Shown piece by piece: positions 38,458 through 47,098 of a DNA stretch of 64,000 nt (positions within the stretch are counted from its first letter, which is position 1; each line of letters starts with the position of its first letter). The stretch is from the NCBI GenBank assembly GCA_964398675.1, contig CAYNNT010000001.1, positions 38,541 to 102,540 of the forward strand, written 5' to 3'. Below the pieces are notes generated by a model that made no database searches, was not told the DNA's origin, and saw nothing but the letters and a program-made list of their open reading frames with translations. The position numbers were made by a program, and so were the translations under genes. Origin of the DNA: an uncultured Brevundimonas sp. Lineage in GTDB: Bacteria; Pseudomonadota; Alphaproteobacteria; Caulobacterales; Caulobacteraceae.

Positions 38458-39671
38458 GGCGGCTCGACGACCAGCCCTGGCTGACGGCCCCGGCCACCCG
38501 CGCGGTGATGACGGCGCTGGAGGCGGCCGGCGGGCCGGGCTGCGCCCGTTTCGTCGGCGGCTGCGTACGCAACGCCCTGATCGGAGCGCCGGTGGCCGAC
38601 GTCGACATCGCCACCACCCTGAAGCCGGAAGAGACCGACCGCGCCATCCGCGCCGCCGGGCTGAAGGCCGTGCCGACGGGCATGGCCCACGGCACGGTGA
38701 CGGCGGTGTCCGGACGCCAGCCGTTCGAGATCACCACCCTGCGTCGTGACGTCTCGACGGACGGTCGCAATGCGACGGTCGCCTTCACCGACGACTGGGC
38801 CGAGGACGCCGCGCGTCGCGATTTCCGCCTGAACGCCCTCTACGCCGACGGCGAAGGCCGGGTGTTCGATCCGACCGGAGAGGGCGTCGCCGATGCGGCG
38901 GCGGGGCGGATCGTCTTCGTCGGCGACCCGGAGACGCGCATCCGGGAAGACTATCTGCGCATCCTGCGCTTCTTCCGCTTCCTCGCCTGGTACGGGCGTG
39001 GTGAGCCCGACGCCGCGGCGCTGGCGGCCTGCCGGGCGCTGGCGTCGGGCATGACGCGGCTGTCGGCTGAGCGTGTGTCCAAGGAGCTGATGACCCTGCT
39101 GGCCGCACCCGATCCGCGGGTCGCCCTGTCGGCGATGGCGGAGGCGGGCGTCCTTGCGCAGATCCTGCCCGAGGCCGCGGCCGGCCCGTTGTTCGAGGCG
39201 GCGGTGGAGCAGGGCGCCGACCCGGTGATCCGGCTGATGACCTTGCTCCCGAGCGACGAACGGCTTGTGAGAGAGGCCTCGGCGAGGCTGCGGCTTCCGA
39301 ATTCCACGCGCGACCGGCTGGCGGACGCCGCCGTGGCGGCCCCTGCCGTGAGCCTGGCGATGCGCGATCCCGCGGTCCGCGCCGCCGTCTATCGCTTCGG
39401 CGCGCGGGCGGTCTCGGACGCCCTTCACCGGAGGATGGCTGAACGTCCTGCGCAGGCCGCGGACGGACGCCGTCTGCTGGCGCTGGCCGAGGGCTGGAAG
39501 CGCCCGTCGATGCCGGTCGGTGGGCGTGAGCTGGCGCGGTTGGGCGTCGAACCGGGGCCGGAGACCGGGCGGCTGCTCAAGGCGTTCGAGGAGCGCTGGA
39601 TCGCCGACGACTTTCCGTCAGACGGCCATGCCGAAAGACTCGCTGGCCTGGTCAGTCCGCGGCGCGGGTGA
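38454..39671 (+). CDS. cca: CCA-adding tRNA nucleotidyltransferase
   Basis: FVGGCVRN, DVDIAT, RRDFRLNA, EDYLRILR. Confidence 0.92.
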   Translation: MRRLDDQPWLTAPATRAVMTALEAAGGPGCARFVGGCVRNALIGAPVADVDIATTLKPEETDRAIRAAGLKAVPTGMAHGTVTAVSGRQPFEITTLRRDVSTDGRNATVAFTDDWAEDAARRDFRLNALYADGEGRVFDPTGEGVADAAAGRIVFVGDPETRIREDYLRILRFFRFLAWYGRGEPDAAALAACRALASGMTRLSAERVSKELMTLLAAPDPRVALSAMAEAGVLAQILPEAAAGPLFEAAVEQGADPVIRLMTLLPSDERLVREASARLRLPNSTRDRLADAAVAAPAVSLAMRDPAVRAAVYRFGARAVSDALHRRMAERPAQAADGRRLLALAEGWKRPSMPVGGRELARLGVEPGPETGRLLKAFEERWIADDFPSDGHAERLAGLVSPRRG

Positions 39672-40635
39672 TTTCGGTCACGACGGGACGATGATCCGAA
39701 CCCGTCGGGCGGCCGAGGCGGCGGCTGACGAACGCGAGGTCCGGCGAGGCGTAGACCTGGTCAATGGTGATTGCGAAGGCCGGGGGCAGGCTGGACGGCC
39801 AGGTGCCCGGGAAGCCCGGCGCAGGACGCAGGCCGATGTCTTTCCGGACCTGTTTGCCGATACGGGCGCTTGAGACGCTGTTGAAATCGCCGGCGACCAC
39901 CACAGGACCGCTCATTTCCTCAAGCAGCTGATCCAGCAACATCGTCTGGCTGATCTGGCCCCAGGATTCCTCGAAGGGCCAGGGGCGGGTCAGATGGATG
40001 CTGACGAGGTTGACCGGACCGAGCGGCGTCATGGCCGTCGCGCCGACCGCCTCGACCCGCACCTGTCGCGGGAACCCCACAAGCGGGTAGCGGGATGCAA
40101 TGACCGAACGCACGGCGCCGTTCGGACGACCGAACCGGGGGCTTGTGATCCTGTGGGGATAGTCGCCGACCAGGGCGTCCACATGTGACGCGGTGGCGTC
40201 GCCCAGCTCGATCAGCATGACGATGTCGGCGTCGGCCTGGCGGATGGAGGCGGCGATGGCGTCCAGGTCGTTGTTCCGGACCCAGAGATTGGCGGAATAG
40301 AGTCGGATGGAGGCCGCGCCCTCCACGGGCTTCGAGGCGGACGGAAACCACTGGGGAGACACGGCGATAAGCAGCAGGGCCGCCGGCGCGAGGGTCGCGG
40401 CCGCCCATCGCCGTCGGCGGAACAGCAGGAACAGGACCCCGAGCCCCAGGGTCGCGAACAGGGCGGGCGCGATGAACTGGGCGATGAGATCGGCGTACTG
40501 GTTTCGCATTCCGGTGAGCGTCACCAGCGCCATGAAGGTGGGCGCCGCGACCAGCCCGGCGAGCGAGAGCCTGACGGCCCATCCCATCGCTTTTGCGAAG
40601 GATGCTTGCGTTTCCGGGTGAACGGGGTTCGTCAT
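39652..40635 (-). CDS. membrane-anchored endonuclease/exonuclease/phosphatase family protein
   Basis: N-terminal TMs; SANL, GDFNS, IDQV, GSDHRPV. Confidence 0.88.
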   Translation of the reverse strand: MTNPVHPETQASFAKAMGWAVRLSLAGLVAAPTFMALVTLTGMRNQYADLIAQFIAPALFATLGLGVLFLLFRRRRWAAATLAPAALLLIAVSPQWFPSASKPVEGAASIRLYSANLWVRNNDLDAIAASIRQADADIVMLIELGDATASHVDALVGDYPHRITSPRFGRPNGAVRSVIASRYPLVGFPRQVRVEAVGATAMTPLGPVNLVSIHLTRPWPFEESWGQISQTMLLDQLLEEMSGPVVVAGDFNSVSSARIGKQVRKDIGLRPAPGFPGTWPSSLPPAFAITIDQVYASPDLAFVSRRLGRPTGSDHRPVVTEITRAAD

Positions 40636-40668
40636 GGCGCGTTACGGTCTCGCTTCAGGAGGACAGAC

Positions 40669-41142
40669 ATGGCCAGACGGTCCGTCGCGGATATCGAGAA
40701 GATCTGGTCCAATGTCGAGGGCGTCAAGAAACTGTCCGACCGGGCGGTGGGCATCGGCCCGTTCGGAATCGGGCTCGACGGCCTGCTGACATGGATACCC
40801 GTCGTCGGCACGGTCTACAGCGTCGGCGCCGCCGGCTGGTTGCTGATCCAGGCGGCCCAGGCCCGGGCCACGCCGGCGACCCTGCTGCGGATGATGACCT
40901 ATCTGGGGCTGGATACGGCGACGACGGCGGTGGGCGAGGTCATCCCGTTCGCTCCGGACGTTGTCGACCTTCTGTTCCCGGGTCACCTGATGGCGGCCAG
41001 GGCGCTGCAGAAGGACATCGAAAGCACGCACTGGGTCGAGGCGAACGAGCGCGAGGCGCGGGCGTCGGGCGCGCATGAGGGCCACGTGGCTGATATGCGC
41101 CGAAACCCGAAGCTGCGGCGGATCGTCTATCTGCACGACTGA
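40669..41142 (+). CDS. DUF4112 family membrane protein
   Basis: GIGLDGLLTWIPVVG; AGGAGG SD. Confidence 0.8.
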   Translation: MARRSVADIEKIWSNVEGVKKLSDRAVGIGPFGIGLDGLLTWIPVVGTVYSVGAAGWLLIQAAQARATPATLLRMMTYLGLDTATTAVGEVIPFAPDVVDLLFPGHLMAARALQKDIESTHWVEANEREARASGAHEGHVADMRRNPKLRRIVYLHD

Positions 41143-41203
41143 ACCGCTTGACGAAGTCGTGTCGCCGCCGCCAACTCGACACTCACCTACGCCGGACCTG
41201 TGA

Positions 41204-41764
41204 ATGAGCGCGATACTGACCCGAGATGAACTGGCCCTGGCGCTTGGCCGCACGGGCGAAGGGGACCGGGCTGCGTTCCGTCGCGTCTATGAGGCGACCT
41301 CCGCGAAGCTATTGGGCGTGACCCTGCGTATCTTGGCTGACCGACAGCTCGCCGAGGACGTTTTGCAGGACACCTATCTGACCGTATGGAGGAAGGCGGG
41401 AAGCTTTGATGCTTCACGCGCCAGCCCCATCACCTGGCTGGTGACCATCGCCCGCAACCGGGCGATCGACCGGCTGAGGTCCGGCGCGGCCATGCGTAAA
41501 TCGACCCCGATCGACGAAGCGGCGACGGTCATCGCGGACGACGCCCCTTCGCCGGCCCAGGTTCTGGAGACCGGCGACGACGTGCGCCGTCTGAACGACT
41601 GTCTCGGCCAGCTGGACGACAGGACCGGGGGGGCCATCCGCACGGCCTTCATCGAGGGCGTGACCTATGACGCCCTGGCCGTGCGCGAGAATGTGCCGCT
41701 GGGGACGATGAAGAGCTGGATCCGGCGCGGATTGATGCGGCTGAGGATGTGTCTCGAATCATGA
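41204..41764 (+). CDS. ECF sigma factor (SigK-like)
   Basis: AEDVLQD, WLVTIARNRAID, PLGTMKSWIRRGL. Confidence 0.93.
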   Translation: MSAILTRDELALALGRTGEGDRAAFRRVYEATSAKLLGVTLRILADRQLAEDVLQDTYLTVWRKAGSFDASRASPITWLVTIARNRAIDRLRSGAAMRKSTPIDEAATVIADDAPSPAQVLETGDDVRRLNDCLGQLDDRTGGAIRTAFIEGVTYDALAVRENVPLGTMKSWIRRGLMRLRMCLES

Positions 41765-42489
41765 CCGATCCCACGGACATCGGCGGAATGGATGAGGACC
41801 TGGCGCTGGCCGGGGAACTGGCCCTGCGCGTTCTCTCGCCGGAGGACGAGGCCGCGGCCCGCGCCCGCGAGGCGGCTGACCCTGCCTTCGCCGCTCACGT
41901 AGAGGCCTGGAACGAACGGCTCGGAGGGCTGGCCGATGGAATCGTATCGGTCGAGCCCTCGCCCTGGGTCTGGCCGCGGGTCGAGGCGGGGCTGACGCCG
42001 CCGGCCGCCGCCAATGACAACAGCGTGGTGTTCTGGCGCCGATGGGCCATCGGCTCGACGGGACTGCTGGCGGCCAGCGTGGCGGCGGTGGTCATGCTGG
42101 CCATGCAGCCGGCCCCGGCCCCGATCGCCCCGCCGGCTCCGGCGCCGGCGGTGATCCGGGTCGCGACCCTGACGCTGGAAAACGGCGCAGCGGCCATGAC
42201 CCTCGCCTATGACGCCAACACCGGGGAACTCTACCTGGCCCCGACCACGGAGATGGCGGGCGACAGGCGGGTGCCGCACCTGTGGCTGGTCATGCCGGAG
42301 GGCGGGGTCCAGCTGGTCGGCGCCATCGACGGCTCGACCACCTCGCGCCATAGCCTGGGCCAGGCCCTGTTCGGCCCCGCCGGACACGCCAACGCCGTCG
42401 CCGTCTCGATGGAGGCGCCCGGCCATACGCCGGCGCCGAACAAGCCGGACGGCCCGGTCGTCGCCCAGGGCGCGCTCCAGCGACTCTAG
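41761..42489 (+). CDS. RskA-like anti-sigma factor
   Basis: ATGA overlap with the sigma gene; LAGELAL, one TM, HLWLV, AVSMEAPG...PDGPVV. Confidence 0.88.
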   Translation: MTDPTDIGGMDEDLALAGELALRVLSPEDEAAARAREAADPAFAAHVEAWNERLGGLADGIVSVEPSPWVWPRVEAGLTPPAAANDNSVVFWRRWAIGSTGLLAASVAAVVMLAMQPAPAPIAPPAPAPAVIRVATLTLENGAAAMTLAYDANTGELYLAPTTEMAGDRRVPHLWLVMPEGGVQLVGAIDGSTTSRHSLGQALFGPAGHANAVAVSMEAPGHTPAPNKPDGPVVAQGALQRL

Positions 42490-42770
42490 CCTGCATCCGC
42501 AGGGGGGCTGCAGGCGTAGCTGTCATGACGGGTGCGGTAGCGGCTCGCGCAAGCGGGTCGCCTGGTCCTGACAGCCTGCGGGCCCGTCTGCGGGGAGGCC
42601 GTCCAGCCCTTCCAACTACGGTCTCCCCGCTACCTTTTCGCCGATTGTCAGCATATTGCGGCGAAGCAAGTCTCGGATTTTCCAGACATTGCTTTCGACG
42701 ACAGCGTCATGAGCCCGCCTGAGGAAGGCCGCCCGCCAGACTGATCTCCGACACGATTTCGGAGATTGCC

Positions 42771-44249
42771 ATGAGCGATGACCACAGCGCGCGGCTGGCC
42801 CTGCCCTATCTGGCGGCCGGGCAGATGCAGAAGCATGTCACCCTGAACGAGGCCCTGACCCGGCTGGACGCGATCGTCCAGACCGTCGTGGCCAGCCGGA
42901 CGACGACGGCCCAGCCGGGCGCGCCGGACGACGGCAGCCTGTGGATCCTGCCGTCCGGGGCGACGGGCGGCGACTGGACCACGCGGCCGGCGGGCGCGCT
43001 GATGCGGGCGGAGGGCGGCGGCTGGACGGCGGTGGAGGCCGGCGACGGCCTGATCGCCCTGGTGGAGGACGCCGACGAGGTCGTGGTGCGGCACGGCGGG
43101 GCCTGGACGCCGCTGGGCGCCCGGCTGGGCGTGGTGCAGGCGCTGACCCGGCTCGGGATCGGGACCACGGCGGACGCCGGCAACCCCTTTGCGGCCCGGC
43201 TGAACACCGCCCTTTGGACGGCGCTGGAGGTCGGGGCCGGAGGGACGGGCGACCTGAGGCTGACGCTGAACAAGGAGGCGGCCGGCGATGTCCTGTCGCT
43301 GCTGTTCCAGAGCGGCTGGAGCGGCCGGGCGGAACTGGGGCTGGTCGGGGATGACGACCTGAGGCTCAAGGTCAGCGCCGACGGTTCGAGCTGGCGCGAC
43401 GCCCTTGTCGTCGATCGCGCCACGGGCCGGATGACCCACGCGCTGGGCGCGGGGCGCCGGGCCGTGACGGCCTTCACCACCAGCGGAAGCTTCGCCGTGC
43501 CGGCATGGGCGCGCAGCATCGAGGCGGTCGCGGTCGGCGGCGGCGGCGGTGGCGGGGCCGGGGCCTTCGGTGCGTCCGGGTCCCGCTTCGGCGGAGGCGG
43601 GGGCGGCGCCGGCGGGACCAGCCGGTGTGAATGGGCGGCGGACCTGCTGGGCGGAACGCTGGATGTGGTTGTAGGGGCCGGCGGCGCGGGCGGCAGCGCG
43701 GCAGCGGGCTCGAACGGCGGCAACAGCACGGTCTCCATGGGCGGAACCCGGGTGCTGGCCGCGGGCGGCGGCGGCGGGGGCGGGCGGGGCGACAGCACGG
43801 GCGGGGCGTCGGGAACGCCGGGCGTGGGCGAGCTGGTCGCCAACGCGGGCGGCGCTTCCAGCGTGACGGCGACGGGCGGGACGGGCCGAAGCCTTGACCG
43901 GCCGGACGGGCCGGGCGGCGGCGGGGCCGGCGGCGGTCTGGACGGCGCGGGGGCGGCGCGGGCGGGCGGCGCCGGCGGCGACGGCGGCATCGTGGCGGTC
44001 AGGGCCCTTGGCGGCGCCGGCGGGTCAGGCGCGGCGGGGTCGGCGGGCACGGCGGCGCCCCAGCCGACCCTGCACTGGGCCGGAGGCGGCGGGGGAGGCG
44101 GCGGCGCGGCGGCTGCCGGGTCAGGCCACGCGGGCGCTGCGGGCGGGTCGATCGGCGGCGGAGGCGGCGGTGGCGGAGCCGGCGTCACCGCGGGCGGCAG
44201 CGGCGGCGCGGGCGCGCCCGGCGTCGTCTGGCTGGTCGCCTTCGGATGA
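42771..44249 (+). CDS. DUF2793 domain protein with Gly-rich C-terminal domain (phage/GTA fibre or head-spike-like)
   Basis: RLALPYL..GQMQKHVTLNEAL.RLD; SLLFQSGWSGRAELGL.GDDDL; polyglycine tracts ending GGAGAPGVVW. Confidence 0.88.
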   Translation: MSDDHSARLALPYLAAGQMQKHVTLNEALTRLDAIVQTVVASRTTTAQPGAPDDGSLWILPSGATGGDWTTRPAGALMRAEGGGWTAVEAGDGLIALVEDADEVVVRHGGAWTPLGARLGVVQALTRLGIGTTADAGNPFAARLNTALWTALEVGAGGTGDLRLTLNKEAAGDVLSLLFQSGWSGRAELGLVGDDDLRLKVSADGSSWRDALVVDRATGRMTHALGAGRRAVTAFTTSGSFAVPAWARSIEAVAVGGGGGGGAGAFGASGSRFGGGGGGAGGTSRCEWAADLLGGTLDVVVGAGGAGGSAAAGSNGGNSTVSMGGTRVLAAGGGGGGGRGDSTGGASGTPGVGELVANAGGASSVTATGGTGRSLDRPDGPGGGGAGGGLDGAGAARAGGAGGDGGIVAVRALGGAGGSGAAGSAGTAAPQPTLHWAGGGGGGGGAAAAGSGHAGAAGGSIGGGGGGGGAGVTAGGSGGAGAPGVVWLVAFG

Positions 44250-44401
44250 GCCCCGCCATGAGCCCCGCCGATCCCTGGCTGCTGGATGATGAGGTCTGGG
44301 ACAGCCCCGGCCGCCTGACGGACGCCGACCTGTTCACCCACGCCAGCCCCGGCTGGCGTCGCGGCGACGCCCCCCTTGATGATCCGGAGGACGACCGATG
44401 A
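44246..44401 (+). CDS. 51-aa acidic Trp-containing small protein
   Basis: MSPAMSPADPWLLDDEVWDSPGRLTDADLFTHASPGWRRGDAPLDDPEDDR; ATGA overlaps at both ends. Confidence 0.6.
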   Translation: MSPAMSPADPWLLDDEVWDSPGRLTDADLFTHASPGWRRGDAPLDDPEDDR

Positions 44402-44673
44402 GCGCGCCTTCAACGCCCGGGGCCCCGTTGCTGGCGGAGGGACGCTGGCTGTGGCGCAGGCTGTATGTCTTCGCGACCAGCGGCGCGGCCTGGCTGCTGC
44501 TCGACCGTCTGATCGAGGTGACGCCTCCCGAGGCCGCGCCGCGGCTGGCGCAGGGGCTGATGGCGCTGCTGGCGCTGGTGCTGGTCCTCTATCTGGTGGC
44601 GCCGACGGCCCAGCAGCTGATCGCGACGCTGGCGGTGCTGCGGCCCCGGATCGACGAGGAGGGCCGGTCATGA
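44398..44673 (+). CDS. putative holin-like 2-TM protein
   Basis: 91 aa, two hydrophobic segments, charged C-terminus, directly before the endolysin; GGAGG SD. Confidence 0.55.
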   Translation: MSAPSTPGAPLLAEGRWLWRRLYVFATSGAAWLLLDRLIEVTPPEAAPRLAQGLMALLALVLVLYLVAPTAQQLIATLAVLRPRIDEEGRS

Positions 44674-45053
44674 GCTTTCGTCTGTCCGGGCGATCCCTCA
44701 AGCGGCTGGACGGCGTGCATCCGCGCCTTGTCGCCCTGGTGCGGGAGGCCGCGGCCCTGAGCCCGGTGGAGTTCATGGTGACCGAGGGCCTGCGCACGCC
44801 CGAACGCCAGGCCGCCCTCGTCCGGGCCGGGGCCAGCCGCACCCGGCGGTCGCGCCACCTGACCGGCCACGCGGTCGATGTCGCGGCCCTGGTCGACGGC
44901 CAGGTCCGATGGGACTGGCCGCTGTATCCGCGCATCGCCGCGGCGTTCAAGGCGGCGGCGGCGCGTCAGGGCACGGCCATGATCTGGGGCGGCGACTGGA
45001 CCAGCCTGAGGGACGGCCCCCATTTCGAGCTGGACCGGAAGGCCTTCCCATGA
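44670..45053 (+). CDS. M15 family (L-Ala-D-Glu) peptidase endolysin
   Basis: EGLRT.ERQ, SRHLTGHAVD, WGGDW..LRDGPHFEL. Confidence 0.92.
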   Translation: MSFRLSGRSLKRLDGVHPRLVALVREAAALSPVEFMVTEGLRTPERQAALVRAGASRTRRSRHLTGHAVDVAALVDGQVRWDWPLYPRIAAAFKAAAARQGTAMIWGGDWTSLRDGPHFELDRKAFP

Positions 45054-45529
45054 AGACGCCGGCGCTATTGCGGACCCTGACCCCATGGGGCTGGGCGCTG
45101 GTCGTGGCCGGCGTGCTGGCTGCGGCGCTGATCGGCCTGCACGGACTGGGCTTTCGCTGGGACCCCTTGAGGCTGGCCGAACGGCGGCTGGCGGCGGCCG
45201 AGGCCGGGGCTTCAGCCGCCGCCGCGGACGCCGCCGCGCGCCGACTCGAGGTCGACGGCGCTGCGGACCAGACGCGGCGTCTTGAAGTACGTCACCAACA
45301 GACCGTGGCCGTGGCGCGGGAGACCGCGCGGGCCACGACACAGGCCAGGAGGGCCGATGATGCCGATACCCCGCTGGACCCTGATCGCGTGGCTCGCCTC
45401 GCCGGTCATGACCGCGAGCTGTGCCGCCTCGCTCCCGCCGTCTGCGGAGCCGCCCCGTCTGACCCTGCCGGAGGCGGCGACCAGACCCTGCGTTCTGGAG
45501 CGACTGCCGCAAGCGCCGACCCTCGCTGA
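45050..45529 (+). CDS. Rz-like inner-membrane spanin (putative)
   Basis: One N-terminal TM, then Ala/Arg-rich coiled coil and two C-terminal Cys; follows the endolysin. Confidence 0.65.
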   Translation: MKTPALLRTLTPWGWALVVAGVLAAALIGLHGLGFRWDPLRLAERRLAAAEAGASAAAADAAARRLEVDGAADQTRRLEVRHQQTVAVARETARATTQARRADDADTPLDPDRVARLAGHDRELCRLAPAVCGAAPSDPAGGGDQTLRSGATAASADPR

Positions 45530-45683
45530 CCTTGAGGTCGCCTATGTCGAGCGGGGGGCGCGGCTGGTCGCCTGCGAGAACGCCCGGGCTTCTGCGGTCG
45601 AGACCCTGACGGCCGAGCGGGCCTTGCAGGATCGGTGGCGGCGCGCGAGCGGAGCGCGGCCCGGGGCGGTGATCCGGCCCTGA
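45357..45683 (+). CDS. Rz1-like outer-membrane spanin lipoprotein (putative)
   Basis: Overlaps the Rz-like gene in the +1 frame; AGGAGG SD; lipobox-like TASC; Pro-rich with two further Cys. Confidence 0.65.
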   Translation: MMPIPRWTLIAWLASPVMTASCAASLPPSAEPPRLTLPEAATRPCVLERLPQAPTLADLEVAYVERGARLVACENARASAVETLTAERALQDRWRRASGARPGAVIRP

Positions 45684-45728
45684 CCGGCAGGCGCAGACCG
45701 GCCCGGCCGACCCGCCGGGCAATCCCTT

Positions 45729-45875
45729 CCGGCACGACCTGCCCACTACCCGGCAGAAGGTGCCTGGCCTTGGCAGGTTTTGCCGGAAGGCAGGGGCCGT
45801 AGAGCCAAAAAACCTGAGGAAAAACAACAATGGAGGCGGGGCCGTCGATGTCTGGCGGGTGGCCCTGTCCTTGCT
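45729..45875 (+). promoter_or_regulatory. three ftr-like enhancer sites plus sigma54 promoter of flagellin 1
   Basis: GGCA-N5-TGCC at 45731, 45752, 45772; TGGCCCTGTCCTTGCT (GG-N10-GC) 45860-45875. Confidence 0.8.
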
Positions 45876-45951
45876 CAATGGAAACCCGAGCAGAACGCTC
45901 CTGACCGCCAAAATGGCGTCAGACATGTCGAAGACACAGAGGACAGCCAAA

Positions 45952-46644
45952 ATGGCTAACAGCATCAATACGAACGTCGGCGCCATGGTTGCGCTGCAGA
46001 ACCTGAACGCGACCGGCCGCGACCTGAAGGTCACGCAGGACCGCGTCAGCACCGGCCTGAAGGTCGGCTCCGCCAAAGACAATGGCGCGATCTGGGCCGT
46101 GTCCCAGAACCAAAAAGCCAACATGGGCGTGTTGAACGCCACCCGTAACGCGCTGCAGCGGACCATGTCCGTCAATGACGTGGGTCTGGCCGCCGGCGAC
46201 ACCATCATGGACGCCCTGCGTCAGATGAAGGAACTCGCCGCCGGTCCGTCAAGCGCCGCCCGGGATGCGGATCTGGCTGCCCTGAGGGCCGAGGTCGTCG
46301 CCGCCAAGGCCGCTGCTGTCTTTGACGGCACCGCCGCCCTCAGCGGTCTGACCCTGACCATCAGCGCCGCACCGACCGCCGGTGAAATCGACGCCGATCT
46401 GGCCTCGGCCATCACCGCCCTGCAGGCCCTCGGCACCTCGGCCAAGTCGACCGAGCGCTCGCTGACCTTCAACGACAAGCTCCAGGACGCCATCGAATCC
46501 GGCATCGGCAACCTGGTCGACGCCGACCTGGCCAAGGAAAGCGCTCGCCTGACGGCTCTGCAGACGAAGCAGCAGCTGGGCGTGCAGGCGCTCTCGATCG
46601 CCAACCAGTCGGGCTCGATCCTGCTCGGCCTGTTCCGCAACTAG
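45952..46644 (+). CDS. flagellin, short form (230 aa)
   Basis: SINTNVGA..ALQNL, STGLKV.SAKDN, LVDADLAKESA, ALSIANQ. Confidence 0.95.
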   Translation: MANSINTNVGAMVALQNLNATGRDLKVTQDRVSTGLKVGSAKDNGAIWAVSQNQKANMGVLNATRNALQRTMSVNDVGLAAGDTIMDALRQMKELAAGPSSAARDADLAALRAEVVAAKAAAVFDGTAALSGLTLTISAAPTAGEIDADLASAITALQALGTSAKSTERSLTFNDKLQDAIESGIGNLVDADLAKESARLTALQTKQQLGVQALSIANQSGSILLGLFRN

Positions 46645-46719
46645 GTCCGGGAACGCCCGCGGCCTCCTGACCCGAGGACATCCCGGCCACGGCCGGTCAA
46701 ACGATCCGATGATCAAACG

Positions 46720-46748
46720 AAGGGTCCCCGCGCATGCGGGGGCCCTTT
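46720..46748 (+). terminator. intrinsic terminator after flagellin 1
   Basis: AAGGGTCCCCGC-gcat-GCGGGGGCCCTTT. Confidence 0.7.
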
Positions 46749-46874
46749 GTCGATGGGACCTGGCTCACCCGGAGAGGGGGCGCGACCCGGCCAGACGCGC
46801 CGGAATTCGGGCCGTGAGGCGGTCGGACGCGCCGGATCCTTGTCCCGGAGCGCTGCCGTATTGAAGCCCTCCGT

Positions 46875-47023
46875 CCCGGCACGACCTGCCGACCACCCGG
46901 CAAATACTGCCCGAAGCCCGGCAGATTCTGCAGGGCCAACAACGTGATGAACAAGAACTAACGTAGCAAATTCAATGGTGGCCGCTCTGGCATGGGGGGG
47001 CGCCGGATGGCTCCGTCCTTGCT
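46875..47023 (+). promoter_or_regulatory. three ftr-like enhancer sites plus sigma54 promoter of flagellin 2
   Basis: GGCA-N5-TGC(C/A) at 46878, 46899, 46920; AT-rich spacer; TGGCTCCGTCCTTGCT 47008-47023. Confidence 0.8.
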
Positions 47024-47098
47024 TGTACCCCAGCGGGCAGAATGCTCCCGATCGCCAAAACGGCGTCGGAAATGTCGAAGACAAAAAGGACAGCCAAA

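Noticed and set aside
42525..42722. 65-aa ORF after the anti-sigma gene
   Set aside because: No SD or recognisable motif, atypical codons, overlaps probable regulatory DNA; could at most be a remnant
42806..44950. 714-aa Pro-rich minus-strand ORF
   Set aside because: Mirror of the Gly-rich codons of the DUF2793 gene
42771..45683. Intact prophage
   Set aside because: No integrase, capsid, terminase, replication genes or att repeats; flanks are host genes
45760..45951. N-terminal extensions of flagellins 1 and 2 in the ORF track
   Set aside because: They run through the sigma54 promoter or leader; the SD and conserved MANSINTN fix the starts at 45952 and 47099
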